DNA from: Nemertoderma westbladi
Taxonomy: Eukaryota; Animalia; Xenacoelomorpha
Direction: 5' to 3'
Length of the DNA: 50,704 bases
Assembly (NCBI GenBank): GCA_032718475.1
Contig: JAUCBJ010003433.1
Span: forward strand, 1-50,704
The notes under the pieces are model-generated. The model was not told where the DNA came from and ran no database searches. It saw only the letters and a program-made list of their open reading frames with translations. Below, in pieces: positions 1 to 12,100 of the stretch (position 1 is its first letter; every line of letters starts with the position of its first letter). The position numbers and the translations under genes were made by a program.

Positions 1-598
1 ATTTTAACCTGTTTTTATATTTTACGAGTTCCGAAATCTCTTCATTCATCCGTTCGGATTCATCGGTTTCCTTCGAGCCTTTCGCCAAATTCCCAGAAAA
101 ATTATCTATATTTTCGGTGGGAGTATCCGAAGTTCGGTTTATTCTGGTCCCTGCGCCCGACTGTCCGATTCCGGAAGTTGCGTCCGACTGTCCAATTCCG
201 GAAGTTGCGTTTGACTGTCCGATACCGGAAGCTGCGTCCGACTGTCCGATTCCCGAAGCTGCGTCCGACTGTCCGATTCCGGAAGCTGCGTCCGACTGTC
301 CGATTCCGGAAGCTGCGTCCGTCTGTCCGATTCCGGAAGCTGCGTCCGTCCGGAGGCTTTCCCTTTCCGGCGACATCCCCGCGAGAGGAACGATGGTAGA
401 ACGCCGTCTCTGTAACAGACTCGAGGTCCGACGCACCGGGGGTTCCTCCATCCAGGGAGTTTTATTTGGCGTTACGGTGAAGGTGGAGTCGATGGTTGCG
501 TTACACACCGGCACCGGTACAGGGTAGGATCGTTTAGTAGCAGTATCCGATAATTCGGGGGCGGATACGCCTTGGTTCATTGTGCAGCGATTCGCCAT
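1..598 (-). CDS. 5' part of an unknown protein (MANRCTMNQG...(DAASGIGQS)x7...EEISELVKYKNRLK), open to the window edge
   Basis: Translated by hand: ATG at 598-596 and no stop down to base 1 (199 codons). Absent from the ORF track because it has no stop in the window. No family recognised. Confidence 0.55.
   Translation of the reverse strand, partial: MANRCTMNQGVSAPELSDTATKRSYPVPVPVCNATIDSTFTVTPNKTPWMEEPPVRRTSSLLQRRRSTIVPLAGMSPERESLRTDAASGIGQTDAASGIGQSDAASGIGQSDAASGIGQSDAASGIGQSNATSGIGQSDATSGIGQSGAGTRINRTSDTPTENIDNFSGNLAKGSKETDESERMNEEISELVKYKNRLK
157..350. repeat. 27-bp tandem repeat, about 7 copies (GACTGTCCGATTCCGGAAGCTGCGTCC)
   Basis: Directly visible; keeps the frame of the minus-strand ORF. 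Confidence 0.95.
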
Positions 599-2001
599 CT
601 GGTCCGTCAGTCCGTGGTAGGCCTATCCATTACAGCATTATACAGTTATAACTGTATAAATTTGGTACCGTACTGGCTGACTGGTAGTGGTACTCTGGTA
701 CTGCTGTACTGGTATACATGTACCGGTAGACGAGACGTATCATTGCGGTTTGGGTTGTTGTCTGTTTGTATCTGTTTGTCTGTCTGTATGTGATTTATAA
801 TATTGTGTTGTGTATGGTGTGGGTGGATGTAATTACATGAATTAATTGTAATCCAAAACGCAATAGTTATTGCTGAAATATCTATAGGCATAGTCCAGTA
901 GTCTACACTCGACAGACGACAGGTACCTACAGTATAAATGCGAGTGAATACGGGTGAGTGCGAGTGAATAATTCCACATTCCTAAAGAATATAAAACAGT
1001 GATAATCTATAACAACCGTTGTAATTAATGTAAGTCATAACTCTGTCTGATATTGAAAGCGCAGCATCTGAAAGGAACTGTTGATATTGCCCTGAAAGTA
1101 AACATAGTTTTTGGAAATTGTATAGTAGAGATCAATCGAATAATACAAAGTAGCCTACATTTATCTCGCCTATAGAATTCAGTCTCCCACACTGTGGGTT
1201 ATACGCCGCGCTAGACTGGATTCTACTGTGGTCATATTTTGTGCGGGCTGTCAGACAATATAAGACACAAAATTAACAGGTTAAACTGTTAAAGGTCTAA
1301 AAGCGCGAACAGATCTCATCCTTTTCGGCATACTGAGGAGCCGGCACAGCTTTAAATAATAATAAATGTAAAAAAACACTCTTTTATTAATATGTAATAT
1401 ATAAAATGAAGTAAAAATGAGTACATTACCCACAGGAACACCCACAACAATAATTACACTACATAAAAATACTGTAGTTGAGTCATAATTAAGTACCCAA
1501 TTACATATGTTGGTAATAGCATGGTATGGGTCGGCAGGGCCCCAGTATTAGGTGTGGGCTGGACATAGATGGGTATAATAACCGGTATTATCCCGATATA
1601 CTCGATGCATGCCATCGTTATGGCTCTGAATTGCATCGCTGGCCCGTGCCCAGATGATACCAAATAACTTCATATATACACAGTGGCGTGCCGAGGGTTG
1701 CTGGCGCCCCGGGTCAAAGCTTAAATATCCCCCCCCCCCACACACACACACAAAATCAAAAGTAGCAATTGGTTATTTGTGTTATATTTACTACTACTGT
1801 ATGTACGTACACTCATTCACATAGATATATTATAGACATTCTAATACAAAGGTCCATGCCAATTTAGTTGTAAACAAATAACTCAAGTTAAAACCACACA
1901 AGCAACTAAAATACCTAGATACTTGTTTTACTAAGTCACTTGAAAAAAATTGGTTTTAAAATTCATTTTAACTAAAAAATGTTGACTTCGAAGGTAAAAC
2001 T

Positions 2002-2824
2002 TACGGTGGCCCACAACAACTGTCAACACAAATAATTAACCCACGGCAGAAATTACAATTAACTCACGGCAGAAATTACAATTAACCCACGGCAGAAATT
2101 ACAATTAACCTTCTCACGGCAGAAATTACAATTAACTCTCATGGCAGAAATTTTAATTCATATATTCTAGAAATCACTCTTTAGTACTTCAGCGTTTTCC
2201 TCGCACATACTGACTGCACAGTTGTAAGTGGACCCACGTCAGCAATAAACCGGTGTCCCAGGCGAATCCCCCCCCCCCCCCCCCCCCCCCGCGTGGAATG
2301 CCCCCCTCCCCTATAGTATAATACAGTAATACAGAAGTAGCCCTAGCCTACCGTACAGCCACACAACATTGGTTAATCTACTGTACAATTTTACTTGAAT
2401 TTATTGGTTTATTTTTTTGGTTAGGGTTAATTGGTCAGGCCCAAACCGTAATTATAACTGTCATGTAACTTAACCCTAAGTCCTGAAACTGACAACTGTG
2501 CTAACAAATGTGCAGTCAGTATGCGCGAGGAAAACGCTGAAGAGTGAGTTCTAGAATATGAATAAAAATTTTCTGCCATGAGAGTTTTTTGTAATTTCTG
2601 CAGTGAGAAAGTTAATTGCAAATTCTGCCGTGAGAAAGTTAATTGTACTTTCTGCCGTGAGTTAATTGTAATTTCTGCCGTGAGAAAGTTAATTGCAAAT
2701 TCTGCCGTGAGAAAGTTAATTGCAAATTCTGCCGTGAGAAAGTTAATTGTAATTTCTGCCGTGAGTTAATATTAATTTCTGCCGTGGATTAATTATATTT
2801 GTTTGACAGTTGTGGGCCACCGTA
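2002..2824. mobile_element. Non-autonomous foldback DNA transposon, IS3EU-like
   Basis: Termini TACGGTGGCCCACAAC...GTTGTGGGCCACCGTA. Inverted arms of about 220-320 bp contain 22-26-bp subrepeats (CACGGCAGAAATTACAATTAAC). 6-bp TSD AAAACT at 1996-2001 and 2825-2830. TAY..RTA ends with a 6-bp TSD fit IS3EU. Confidence 0.8.
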
Positions 2825-3383
2825 AAAACTTATCTAGATATCGAACCAATATACAAGTCCATTGGAAAGAGTTTTTGCCTTTGCAATGCGCGTTATTTTT
2901 TTCTCGCCCATATTTTTTGCTTCAATTTTTCGGGCCCATTTTTTCTGCCCATTTCAACTTTCAACTGCAGTACTTGCAGACTTGAATAGCACTGGCAGTA
3001 TATCTGTATTGATCTTATTTGAATTCACCTCTCTTTTATGAAAGCTCTAATTCGATCAATTCAATGGTCACCTACGCAAAAATTTACCTACGCGAAACAG
3101 CACTCCATCGTCTACGCGTAGCCTACGCGTAGTTTACGCGGAAAAGTCAAACCCCTGCACCTATATACTACTGTACACTGCTACAGTACCAAGATGTAGA
3201 GTACATGCCTATAAGTCTAGGCCTACAGATATTATTTATTGCATATTAATACACAGTTGAGCTGACAGCAGTTCTGCCTTTCACTTCTGCACTTCCACTT
3301 ACCTGCTCCTGTGCTTACGACTGTACGACTTATACTCTGAGGCAACCGGTCACATACTCTTTACGATTACACAACCGTCAACG

Positions 3384-4445
3384 ATGTATAATATTGCTGT
3401 GGACTCTCAGCAATCCCTGGTGATCACAAAGTCTATTTTCCTTAATATCTGCTTAGAAAATGAGGCATTCATTCAATCCTTTCTCGACGATTACTTGGAA
3501 AAACATATGAACATCCTCGAGGAATTCATTTCAAACAGATGCACCGCGGGCCAAGTTGCGAAGTGGCTTCAGATCCTCGTTAATAAACAAAACGAACCGC
3601 AGGTACCGGTAGTTGGTGATGACCTACACGCATCCGGGGCCAAGAGTTCTATTACGTCGCCAAATCATGTCCAGTTTAAACGGAACCAGTCGTTACTTCG
3701 TCCTTATCTCAAACGTAATACAGGTACCATTAATAATGCCGGACATAACTTCGGGAATATTCCCTTTAATTCGACGTATAAACATTCTACAAATAGTGCA
3801 TTTGATAAAGAAGTTTATAGTTCTGTAAGACGAAGACGTGGAATGTATTCCGATTGTGTGAACGCGCTTCCGGATACTCAAACCGAACTATTCTATAATC
3901 CTGACGTTCCAGAACTACCGGAAGAGATGTCGAACGACTGTCATTTCATTACCTCGGAGACGAATAAAGATAGAATCAACTCGCTAGGCCTCTTTACTTC
4001 TTCAGCTCCGTTGAGTTGTCTAGCTCAAGCTTCTAACATTACAAGTAGTTACAGCGGTAATGATTTCGACAAGGAAACTGAAGCAATTTTATCGCCAAAT
4101 TGTTCTGAATCTGAATTACCAAAAACTAGTAGGATGAAGGTTGAGGGAGCCACTCAACCCCATCAAGATATCACTAGACTTAATCAAAGCATAACTCAGG
4201 CGCCAAAAGCCACTCCATATAAATCCACCACTGTGTCTCCTGAAGGAACCAGTCAACCTAAACGATACGTTAAGACTGCATGTTGGTACTGTAACCGAAC
4301 ATTCTCCCTTATGTGGAACCTCAAGGCCCACATACGAGAAGTACACCATAGAGTCAAATATCGGTGCCACATCTGCCCACAGATTTTCACCAGAAATTCA
4401 ACTCTTTCCCATCACATTCGGAAGAAGCACACAGGTGTCACATGA
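3384..4445 (+). CDS. C2H2 zinc-finger protein, 353 aa, two C-terminal fingers
   Basis: CWYC..F..MWNLKAHIREVH and CHIC..F.RNSTLSHHIRKKH-TG; uninterrupted ORF starting at ATG. Confidence 0.8.
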   Translation: MYNIAVDSQQSLVITKSIFLNICLENEAFIQSFLDDYLEKHMNILEEFISNRCTAGQVAKWLQILVNKQNEPQVPVVGDDLHASGAKSSITSPNHVQFKRNQSLLRPYLKRNTGTINNAGHNFGNIPFNSTYKHSTNSAFDKEVYSSVRRRRGMYSDCVNALPDTQTELFYNPDVPELPEEMSNDCHFITSETNKDRINSLGLFTSSAPLSCLAQASNITSSYSGNDFDKETEAILSPNCSESELPKTSRMKVEGATQPHQDITRLNQSITQAPKATPYKSTTVSPEGTSQPKRYVKTACWYCNRTFSLMWNLKAHIREVHHRVKYRCHICPQIFTRNSTLSHHIRKKHTGVT

Positions 4446-5060
4446 TGGTCTTTTACTTTCACAATTGTTTATTGAGGGGAATTTTTAGATTTTGTGACTT
4501 TTTTTGTTTACAGTAGTTTATTATAATTTGTAGTTATTAGTAGAATTACAGCTGACCGAACCGTGTCTGTGGCTAGTGTGGGTTGTTCTATCTCTGATAA
4601 AATCCCTGAGGCAAAACAACCAAGACAGCTGAAGAGTAGCGGTAATTTTCACGCATGATGTTCTACCTCTTGTGAAAAAAATAACAATAAAACTGCTTTT
4701 TTTCATTAAAATATTATTTTCTGACAGCCAGCTCCCTATTTAATAATTTATCATTGTGCATACATACATCTGTGACATCTGTGCAAAACATTAGGAGAAG
4801 GAATTCATAATGACGCAAATGAGTTAGGTGTAATTTTTTTAGTTTTTTTTTTTCGAAACGATACTTTTTGGTGCATGCTGTTCTGGTTCTAATCTATGGT
4901 AACGATATTATTTAATCGAAAAGTAAACATCAGAGTGAGAGGATGCCTCTGTATTCACTGCAGCTGCATGTGTACTATTGTATCCAACTAGCTGCTATTG
5001 TATACTACTAGCACTCCATTGCATGTATGTCCTCTTATACAATTGCACTTTGTCTACAGC

Positions 5061-5210
5061 GTGTAGACCTTGGATATATAACAGTATGTAGAAGAATAGC
5101 AAAAATGTAGACCTTGGATAAAAAGTAATGTAGACCTTGAGTGATAAAATTTAATTTATTCAAGTGTACAATTATCCAAGGTCTACAAACTTAATCCAAA
5201 GTCTACATTT
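5061..5210. repeat. Clustered direct and inverted motif TGTAGACCTTGGATA (3 direct, 2 inverted copies); probable DNA-transposon remnant
   Basis: Copies at about 5063, 5105 and 5129; inverted TATCCAAGGTCTACA at about 5173 and ATCCAAAGTCTACA at about 5195. Confidence 0.5.
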
Positions 5211-6299
5211 GCTCAATGAAATTTGGTATACACATTATGATTATAGTTTTTAAAAATTAATTGAAGTTATGTTTTGGAAGCCAATTACAAATGCTTACAT
5301 AACTAATATATATTGATATATATTCATTATCATTGTTATCTTAAGTAATTACTCGTTCAAGGCCAACACTTTTATATCTAATTCGAGTATAGTCGACAAA
5401 TGAGTCTTCCTGCGAAACTGTAAAAAGAAACTGTAAAAATTATTCTGCTTGTATGTTGTCATTGTTGTGGTGAAAATCATGCCCAAAATTGAAATCTTTC
5501 GAAATGACAATTGGACATAATGAAGACAATTTTTTCCAAAAAGTTGGAATTATCTAACAGTATAGTTTACACCCCCTCCCTTATCTTCAATGATTATTGC
5601 CTACTATTATTGGATATTGATTATTTGTAAACTACGAATATAACATTTTTTGATACGGTACCTTGATTCTTCCACACTCAGGAAAAATTGACATTTATTG
5701 GAAATATATTAACTTTGTCATTCAACTGCAACCTATGTTACATACATTCCAGATCTACACCAAGGGCTACTATAATAGCTAAATTTATATTGTAATTCTT
5801 TGCAAAATTGTATATGTTGTAATGTTTATCGAGAGATCGCGAGCGGATATATAAAAGGAGAATAGAAAGGAACAGAAGATATGAGAAGAAGAAGAGCGCC
5901 ATTAAGATAAACTATTTTACATATGCAATAACATTTTTAAAGAGATGATAGAGAGAATTGGGATCAGTAAATCTCAGTATAATGGAGTATATTATTGCTT
6001 AATTCGAATTATTATAACAATCGATTATAACTCGCGAGTATTGCGAGTTCTAATTAAATATGTTTGTCACTGATACCCACCCTCCGCCTAGTTTAAAAGG
6101 GTAACCTCATATACCCTTTATTTCTCAATAATAGCAAAATGGAAAGGTGAGCATTTTGGTTCATGACAAGCGATAAAGACCTTAATTTTACGAAGAATTT
6201 ACTAACTCGGCTATTCTTTTGTCTTTTTCGAACATTAGTTTCGCAATCTCATTCGTAATTAACTCTTAATTGGCGCTAATTAGTGCATTTTTCTGTAGA

Positions 6300-7300
6300 T
6301 TTGTGGGACGAGCCACGAAGGTATCCGAGCTTAGTATACGGGTACCATTAACTGAATCGGTGTGTCTGTAGATCTGTCGTTCTGTAGATCAGTTTCTTTT
6401 TAACGTTAATAACTCCGCTAATCCTCGATGAAATCTATCCAAACTTGGCACACATGTTTTTTGTAAATTGTAGAAATTTTCCAAGTAGAATTTGCGTGTG
6501 GACATCGAGAAGCTAAGATAAAAGCAGTTAATTAGTTAACTAGCTGCTTGCGCACCGCGAAAGAAGCTCTCTAGCTTCAGACGACTGTCTACGTCTTCGT
6601 TCAAGTTACACTCAAAATAATGTATACACCAATAATGTATATGACATAAATGACCTTTATTATGTTCTCTAAGAGTTAATGAACAGAAGGCGGCACATAA
6701 TTATTGTCCTTTCAATAAGTTTACTATATTATTATAAGACCGAGGGCCACAGGCTTTCTAGTCCATGTACCTACAGATAATACGTTAATATGATGAGGAA
6801 TGTGTGGCAGATTGGAGAACTACATATGGAAGGGATTCATACCACCATGAAATAAAACCCCACCCACGTAGGGGATAGCTGTCAAGTTTCAGCTTAACGG
6901 CAATTGTAAGTAAATAGCAAAAGTTCGACAAAAATGTTAACTTTGAGACATTTCACACTCTACCTGCAGACTGGTGAAATGCAGACAGCGGTCCATTTCT
7001 TTAAATCTGGAGGTTATTGTGAAGTAGATGCCTGCCAAGATTTAGCTTAAACAGATTGTAAGTAACAAAATTGGTGTAGATATTCACTTTCAGACATTTC
7101 ACCCTCTAGCGGTAGACTGGGGAACTGTAGACAACCCTGTGACCCAGTAAAGATACAGCCTATATGCTTTAGTAGATGCTAACATGTTTCAGTCTCCAAT
7201 GATTGTAAATAACAAAGTTGGAGAAGATGTTCATTTTCAGATATTTCGCCATCTAGTGGTAGACTGGGGAACTGTAGACGACACTGTAGAGACCGGGATA
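6300..7300. mobile_element. Probable Helentron-associated non-autonomous (HINE/DINE-like) sequence, followed by three ~150-bp diverged tandem units
   Basis: CTGT-rich tract, ATAACTCC...CCAAACTTGGCACACATG core and a GGGCCACAGGCTTTCTAGT end at about 6745-6763. Units containing TTGTAAGTAA...AGACATTTCAC..TCTAG.GGTAGACTGG recur at about 6880, 7035 and 7185. Family call is by resemblance only. Confidence 0.4.
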
Positions 7301-7448
7301 GCTGACAGTACTGTAGTAAAGAGAGCCGCTTTGTCTAGTGGTTGAGTTGTATTTCCCTTCTTCCCCTGACTTTCTTACAACAACGATACTCCCCATAGGC
7401 TAATGTTAAATATGCAAAGAACACACTACTGGCATTAACTCAACATCT

Positions 7449-7722
7449 AAAAAGTAAAGTAAATTTTCTTCGGCCGATGTGAGGGATTACGCACAAAGTC
7501 TGACGACTTATTTCCAGTGCGGTCCCCCCAGAACTTTACTCCCCAGAGGAAACTCCAGTACTCATTTAGCTACCACTTCAGGATGCAAGGCAGAGATGCG
7601 CCCTGGCTGGTCCCTTTAAAGCATTCGTGCCGAAACGAAAACTGCCCTGGCCCATGTGAGGATCGAACCCACGACCTACGGGAGATGTGAATTCAATGCA
7701 ACCACTACACCAAGGTGGAACC
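7449..7722 (-). mobile_element. tRNA-derived SINE, full length (~270 bp)
   Basis: Minus strand begins GGTTCCACCTTGGTGTAGTGG (A box) ... GGTTCGATCC (B box) and ends in a (TTTAC)n tail. Near-identical to 19165-19447. Confidence 0.85.
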
Positions 7723-8018
7723 TAAACTGGACACAAACTACCATACAGTAAAGGTATCGCCGCTTGTGTAAAATAAGCCTGCCAACACGTTGAGTGAGCC
7801 TCAACAAGTAGCGGGCTGCTAAGGCGTAATCTGATTGTATTCGGACGTCAAATTTTTAATAATATTATTTAAATTATTGTGCAAACTTTTTAGATCTTTT
7901 ACACATACAGCAAAAACATTTACCATACTGCCATAGTACAGTAGCAGATAGATAATATACCGGTAAATATATGATAGAGCTTACTGTGCTGTGGGAATAT
8001 CCTAAACCTACATCTGCC

Positions 8019-8612
8019 CAGGGCTGGCAAAGTAGGTTTTTTAGCACCTAGCTGCCTAGGTTTTTTTAAATCACCTACTTTCAGACTTTTGAAAACTTCA
8101 TCAAAAATAGGTTTTTTAGGTTTTTTTTAGTTAAATTTACATTAATATAGGGCTGGCTACTTTACTTTGCCTTGGGGACAACTTTGCCCGATATTTTCTT
8201 GATCAACATAAACACTGTTTGCTGGTTTGTCAGCAATTAATTAATTAATTAATCATTCATTTTTGTACTAACTGAATATAGAGCATTAATCAGTTAATAG
8301 GAGATTCTAACAGTAGGCCTATACATTTTATAGCTGTAGGCCTATAGCACTTTAGCAGGGTGGTAGGCCTATACAGCTATAGCAGTATAGACCTAATGCT
8401 AATTATACACATGCATCCTCTATAATCGAATATGTTCTAATCATATTAATTACAGAATTTTGTAATATCTATATACCGGTCAGCCGGTACATATAGGGGC
8501 CTAACTGTATAATAAAAAACCTAAAAAAACCTTTAGGTTTTCTTAAAAAACCTAAGCAAAAAACCTAAACCTATTTTTTTTCTTTAAAAAACCTAGGTTT
8601 TTTCCATCCCTG
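8019..8612. mobile_element. hAT-family MITE
   Basis: Imperfect TIRs CAGGGCTGGCAAA / TTTCCATCCCTG, perfect 8-bp TSD CATCTGCC (8011-8018 and 8613-8620), subterminal AAAAACCTA/TAGGTTTTT motifs. Confidence 0.85.
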
Positions 8613-9197
8613 CATCTGCCAGTCCAGCAGTCTGTACACTGCTCAACCGGCAGACTGAGATGAGGGACAGAGGGATGTCCAGTCCACAGGTCCATGCAGC
8701 CATGTCAGCATCAGCATGTCTGCATGTGATTTGAATTCATAACCTCTGAACCTATTTATTATTTCTGCATAATGGAAAGTTGGTATACAGGCTTACAGTC
8801 AGATAGGCCAATTAATGATATTTAATAATCCAGTAATCTTTTGTTATGGATACCATGCCGATGCCACTACGACTGTACGACTACCCAGCTACCAGGCTAC
8901 CGCTAGACAATAGCCGGATTCTCAAAAAGAGAAACTTATAAGAATCACATCGATTTACGCTCCTGCGCTCTGACGTTGCCGATACTAACCTCTACCTTGA
9001 TCGCTCGATCTACTCCGTACCGGTCTGCCGGTACCGTAGTCCACTAGAGTCAGACAGTACAGATCGGTTCCCCGGCTTTAGATCCTACTGTCCTAGACTG
9101 CTAGAGCACCTTACCTTAGATCTGTAGATCCTGAAAGAACATAGATCTTGGGCTGTTGGGTGAACACCGTTTTACCCTACATATCTACGCAGTCACC

Positions 9198-12100
9198 ATG
9201 ATCCCTTCCGATAATCGGTCATCCCAACCAGAAACGGCCCATTGGGACCCCAACAATCCCGAACTCCAATCCGTATTCGTTAAACCCCGCGTTTTCCCCG
9301 GCCTTTTAAATTCTCTAAATAAACGCGCTTTCGATTGGGGGCCGCATTCCCACGTGGCGTACGGCTGTCAAAATGTAATAGCCGTGGTTACCGCACATAA
9401 CAGCCGCGTCTTCCAGGTTCTAGAAGCCCACCGAGCGGCCGTAATCAACGTGAAGTGGCGATCCGAAGATTACCACCACGGCGAGGCGACTCCCTATTCG
9501 ATGAAGCTAGTATCCGCCGACTCATCTGGTTGGCTAATCTCCTGGGACGTCGTCAAGGGCCGCAACCTAGCAGAGTTCCACGATAACCGACAGCCCGTTG
9601 TGGACATGTCCTGGTTGATTCACCAACCTTTTGGCAGTAACCACGACCTACTGGCTACACTACACTCCCCGTACAACCTCATTCTGTGGGAGGCCGACAC
9701 GGGGAATCGACTCTGGAAGAAATCGTTTACATCCGAATTATATTCTTTCACTTTCGATTCTTTCGATCCAAATCGAGTGGCTTTCCTCTCCAGCAACTGC
9801 ATTCTACTTGTAGACGATTTTTCAGTGTCAAAAAGCCCTTCGAGCAACGGAAAGAAATACTTTATAGCGTCGCAAACATCAACCTCATCAGATTCCTCGT
9901 CACCAGAGGACAAACACCATAGTCTGTCGGACACCAGGGCTGCTATCAAACGTGTCACCAGAATGTTGGTGTTTAATGAGCGCGAAGAGACGACCAATAA
10001 ACCCGCAGGAACCTCTACGAATCTCAACGATTGCTTGCAAGTAGAATTCATTAAGGCCCGCCGCGATATACTTCTTCTCCTCTACCCTCGGGAGGTGCTG
10101 TTTATAGATCTTCACGTTTTCCAGACGGTCTCCTATATAAGTCTGGATAAACCTGTGAGTTCTCTACTCCGATGCGTTCCTTGCAGGTCTCGGGACGCGG
10201 TGTTATGTTTGCACGAGAACGGGGCAGTTTCCCTTAGGGTTTGCGGCGTCGGTCGCAGCGGTTCTGTATCGCCTCAGTCTCACGATTCGTCAGATATCAT
10301 CTACGATCTGCGAGCCACTTCAGAGTCGATACGTGTTAGTAAATCCTTGAAACCGTTTAGTTTGTGCATCAACCCGATATCAGAGTTGAACTTCTCGGTT
10401 ATTTTCAGCGACGGTAGAATTTATTTATATTCGGTGATGTCGTCACCCCGAACCCAAACTAATAAACCTTCTGGTAGTAATTATTGTTATCCTACTTCCT
10501 TGAACTCACCTGGACGGGATAGAATATTCCCTAAAGATTGCCCAAATATTATTCTATCGGATCTATTTTCACCAACAACGTCGTTAGAAACTGATGATGG
10601 ACACCCTGTGCATATTGGTGCTCCGCCGACGACTGCTGCTGCTGTTGCACCTCTGGTGGGTTCTGGTGCACCGCCGGTGCCTACTACAGACACCACAGCT
10701 CAGCACCCGATCACTCTCCGTATCATCACCTCCGGTATTCTTCCCCCCCTAGTTCCCCCTCCCTTCGTTATCCGAATGTGCCCCCCTTTAACGACCCGCA
10801 ACTTCCCCTGGTACCAACCGTTACTCGCGGTGAGTAGTACTTCCGGTAGCGGTGGCACCGCCGGTGTTCTACAGATTCTCAACCTATCCAAGGGACTCCT
10901 AGTTAAACAGTTCGCGGTTCATTCCAACGTGATCCGGGGAGTCCAATGGTTGGATCTCAACTCGGTGGTGACGTTCGCTTACCCGAACCCCAGCCCTTCT
11001 AGCGGTCTGGTCCTCAACGAAATATCCCTGCTGGATATAACCACGGGGGTCCACTCCTCCCTGCGGGGGGACAAGGGGGACGAACCCCCCATCGTGTGCA
11101 TCCGCGTGTCCCATTTGCGGCAGTACCTCGCGGTTGTATTCGCGGACCCCAAGCCCTTCGAGATCTGGGATCTCCGCAGTCAGCTGCTGGTCCGCGAGAT
11201 GCCCCGAAGGTTCCCCACGATCAGCGCCCTCGAGTGGTCCCAGTCCGCGGGGGGTGGGAAGTCTGCGGCCGCCAAACGACAGTCAGGCGTCGGCGACGAC
11301 ATAATTGGGTTGGAGATCGGCGATCTCGGATCCACCCCCCAGCGACGCGCCTCCTTCCGGGAACACTTCGTCTGCTCCGATTACACCGGGATGCTGTACC
11401 ACTTCACGGTGGAGGGGAACGTTGTTCGCGACTCCAATCGCATTCCTGTCGGCAACTCCCAGATCACCTGTATGTCCTGGAAGGCGGACACCGTTGTGTT
11501 GGCCGACACCGACGCCAACATACATCTGTGGGACCTGAAGGCGCGACTATCCCGAACCTTCCCGACCTCGCAGCAACGCGGCATCGCTCGCAAGGCGCGG
11601 TTCGCACCCGGCAAGGGGAACCTCAACATCATCCTACTGTACAACGACGGCATCGATGTCTGGGACACGCGAGCCGTGGAACTCGTCAGCTCGTTGCGAT
11701 CTCCCAAGGACCTCGTAGCTAAACTCGTCGATGTGGACTGGGCCTCCAGCGATAAGCCGGTGTTGGCTTCGTCCGACGGTTGTCTGCGGGTCTTCGATCT
11801 CGGTTTAACAACGACGACCAGCTCCATCGACTTCGCTCGCTGCGCTCCTTCTCTCAACCCCGCCCTACTCCCTCATCGCGAGGCCATGGCTCTTAAATCT
11901 TTTATACAAAATCAGGATTGGCGCGAAAATTTCAGCTTCAATTTTACAGATTTGAAACTCGACAATCAGGAAATACTTTCAGTTTCACTTCGCTGTTTAG
12001 ATAATAGTTTGGTAAACTTTATCTCTTCGTCATATATTTCCATTTCTCTACGATGTTTTATTGCGGCGATGTTGTACAGCGATCAGTTTGAGATGCGGCT

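Noticed and set aside
117-527. Plus-strand 136-aa and 73-aa repeat ORFs
   Set aside because: Non-ATG starts and repeat-driven; the ATG-initiated minus-strand frame is longer and more plausible.
1681-1750. Isolated hAT-like termini (CAGTGGCGTG at 1681, ...AACCCCTG at about 3157, ...TTAATCCGGCCCTG at about 50140)
   Set aside because: No matching partner end or TSD was found, so the elements could not be delimited.
5400-5830. Possible decayed ORF (MSLPAKL*...VCCHCCGENH)
   Set aside because: Several stops and no recognisable family; cannot be supported.
7648-7722. tRNA gene (also at about 13845-13919 and 19373-19447)
   Set aside because: A and B boxes are present, but no convincing cloverleaf; each is attached to a shared body and (TTTAC)n tail, so these are SINE heads.
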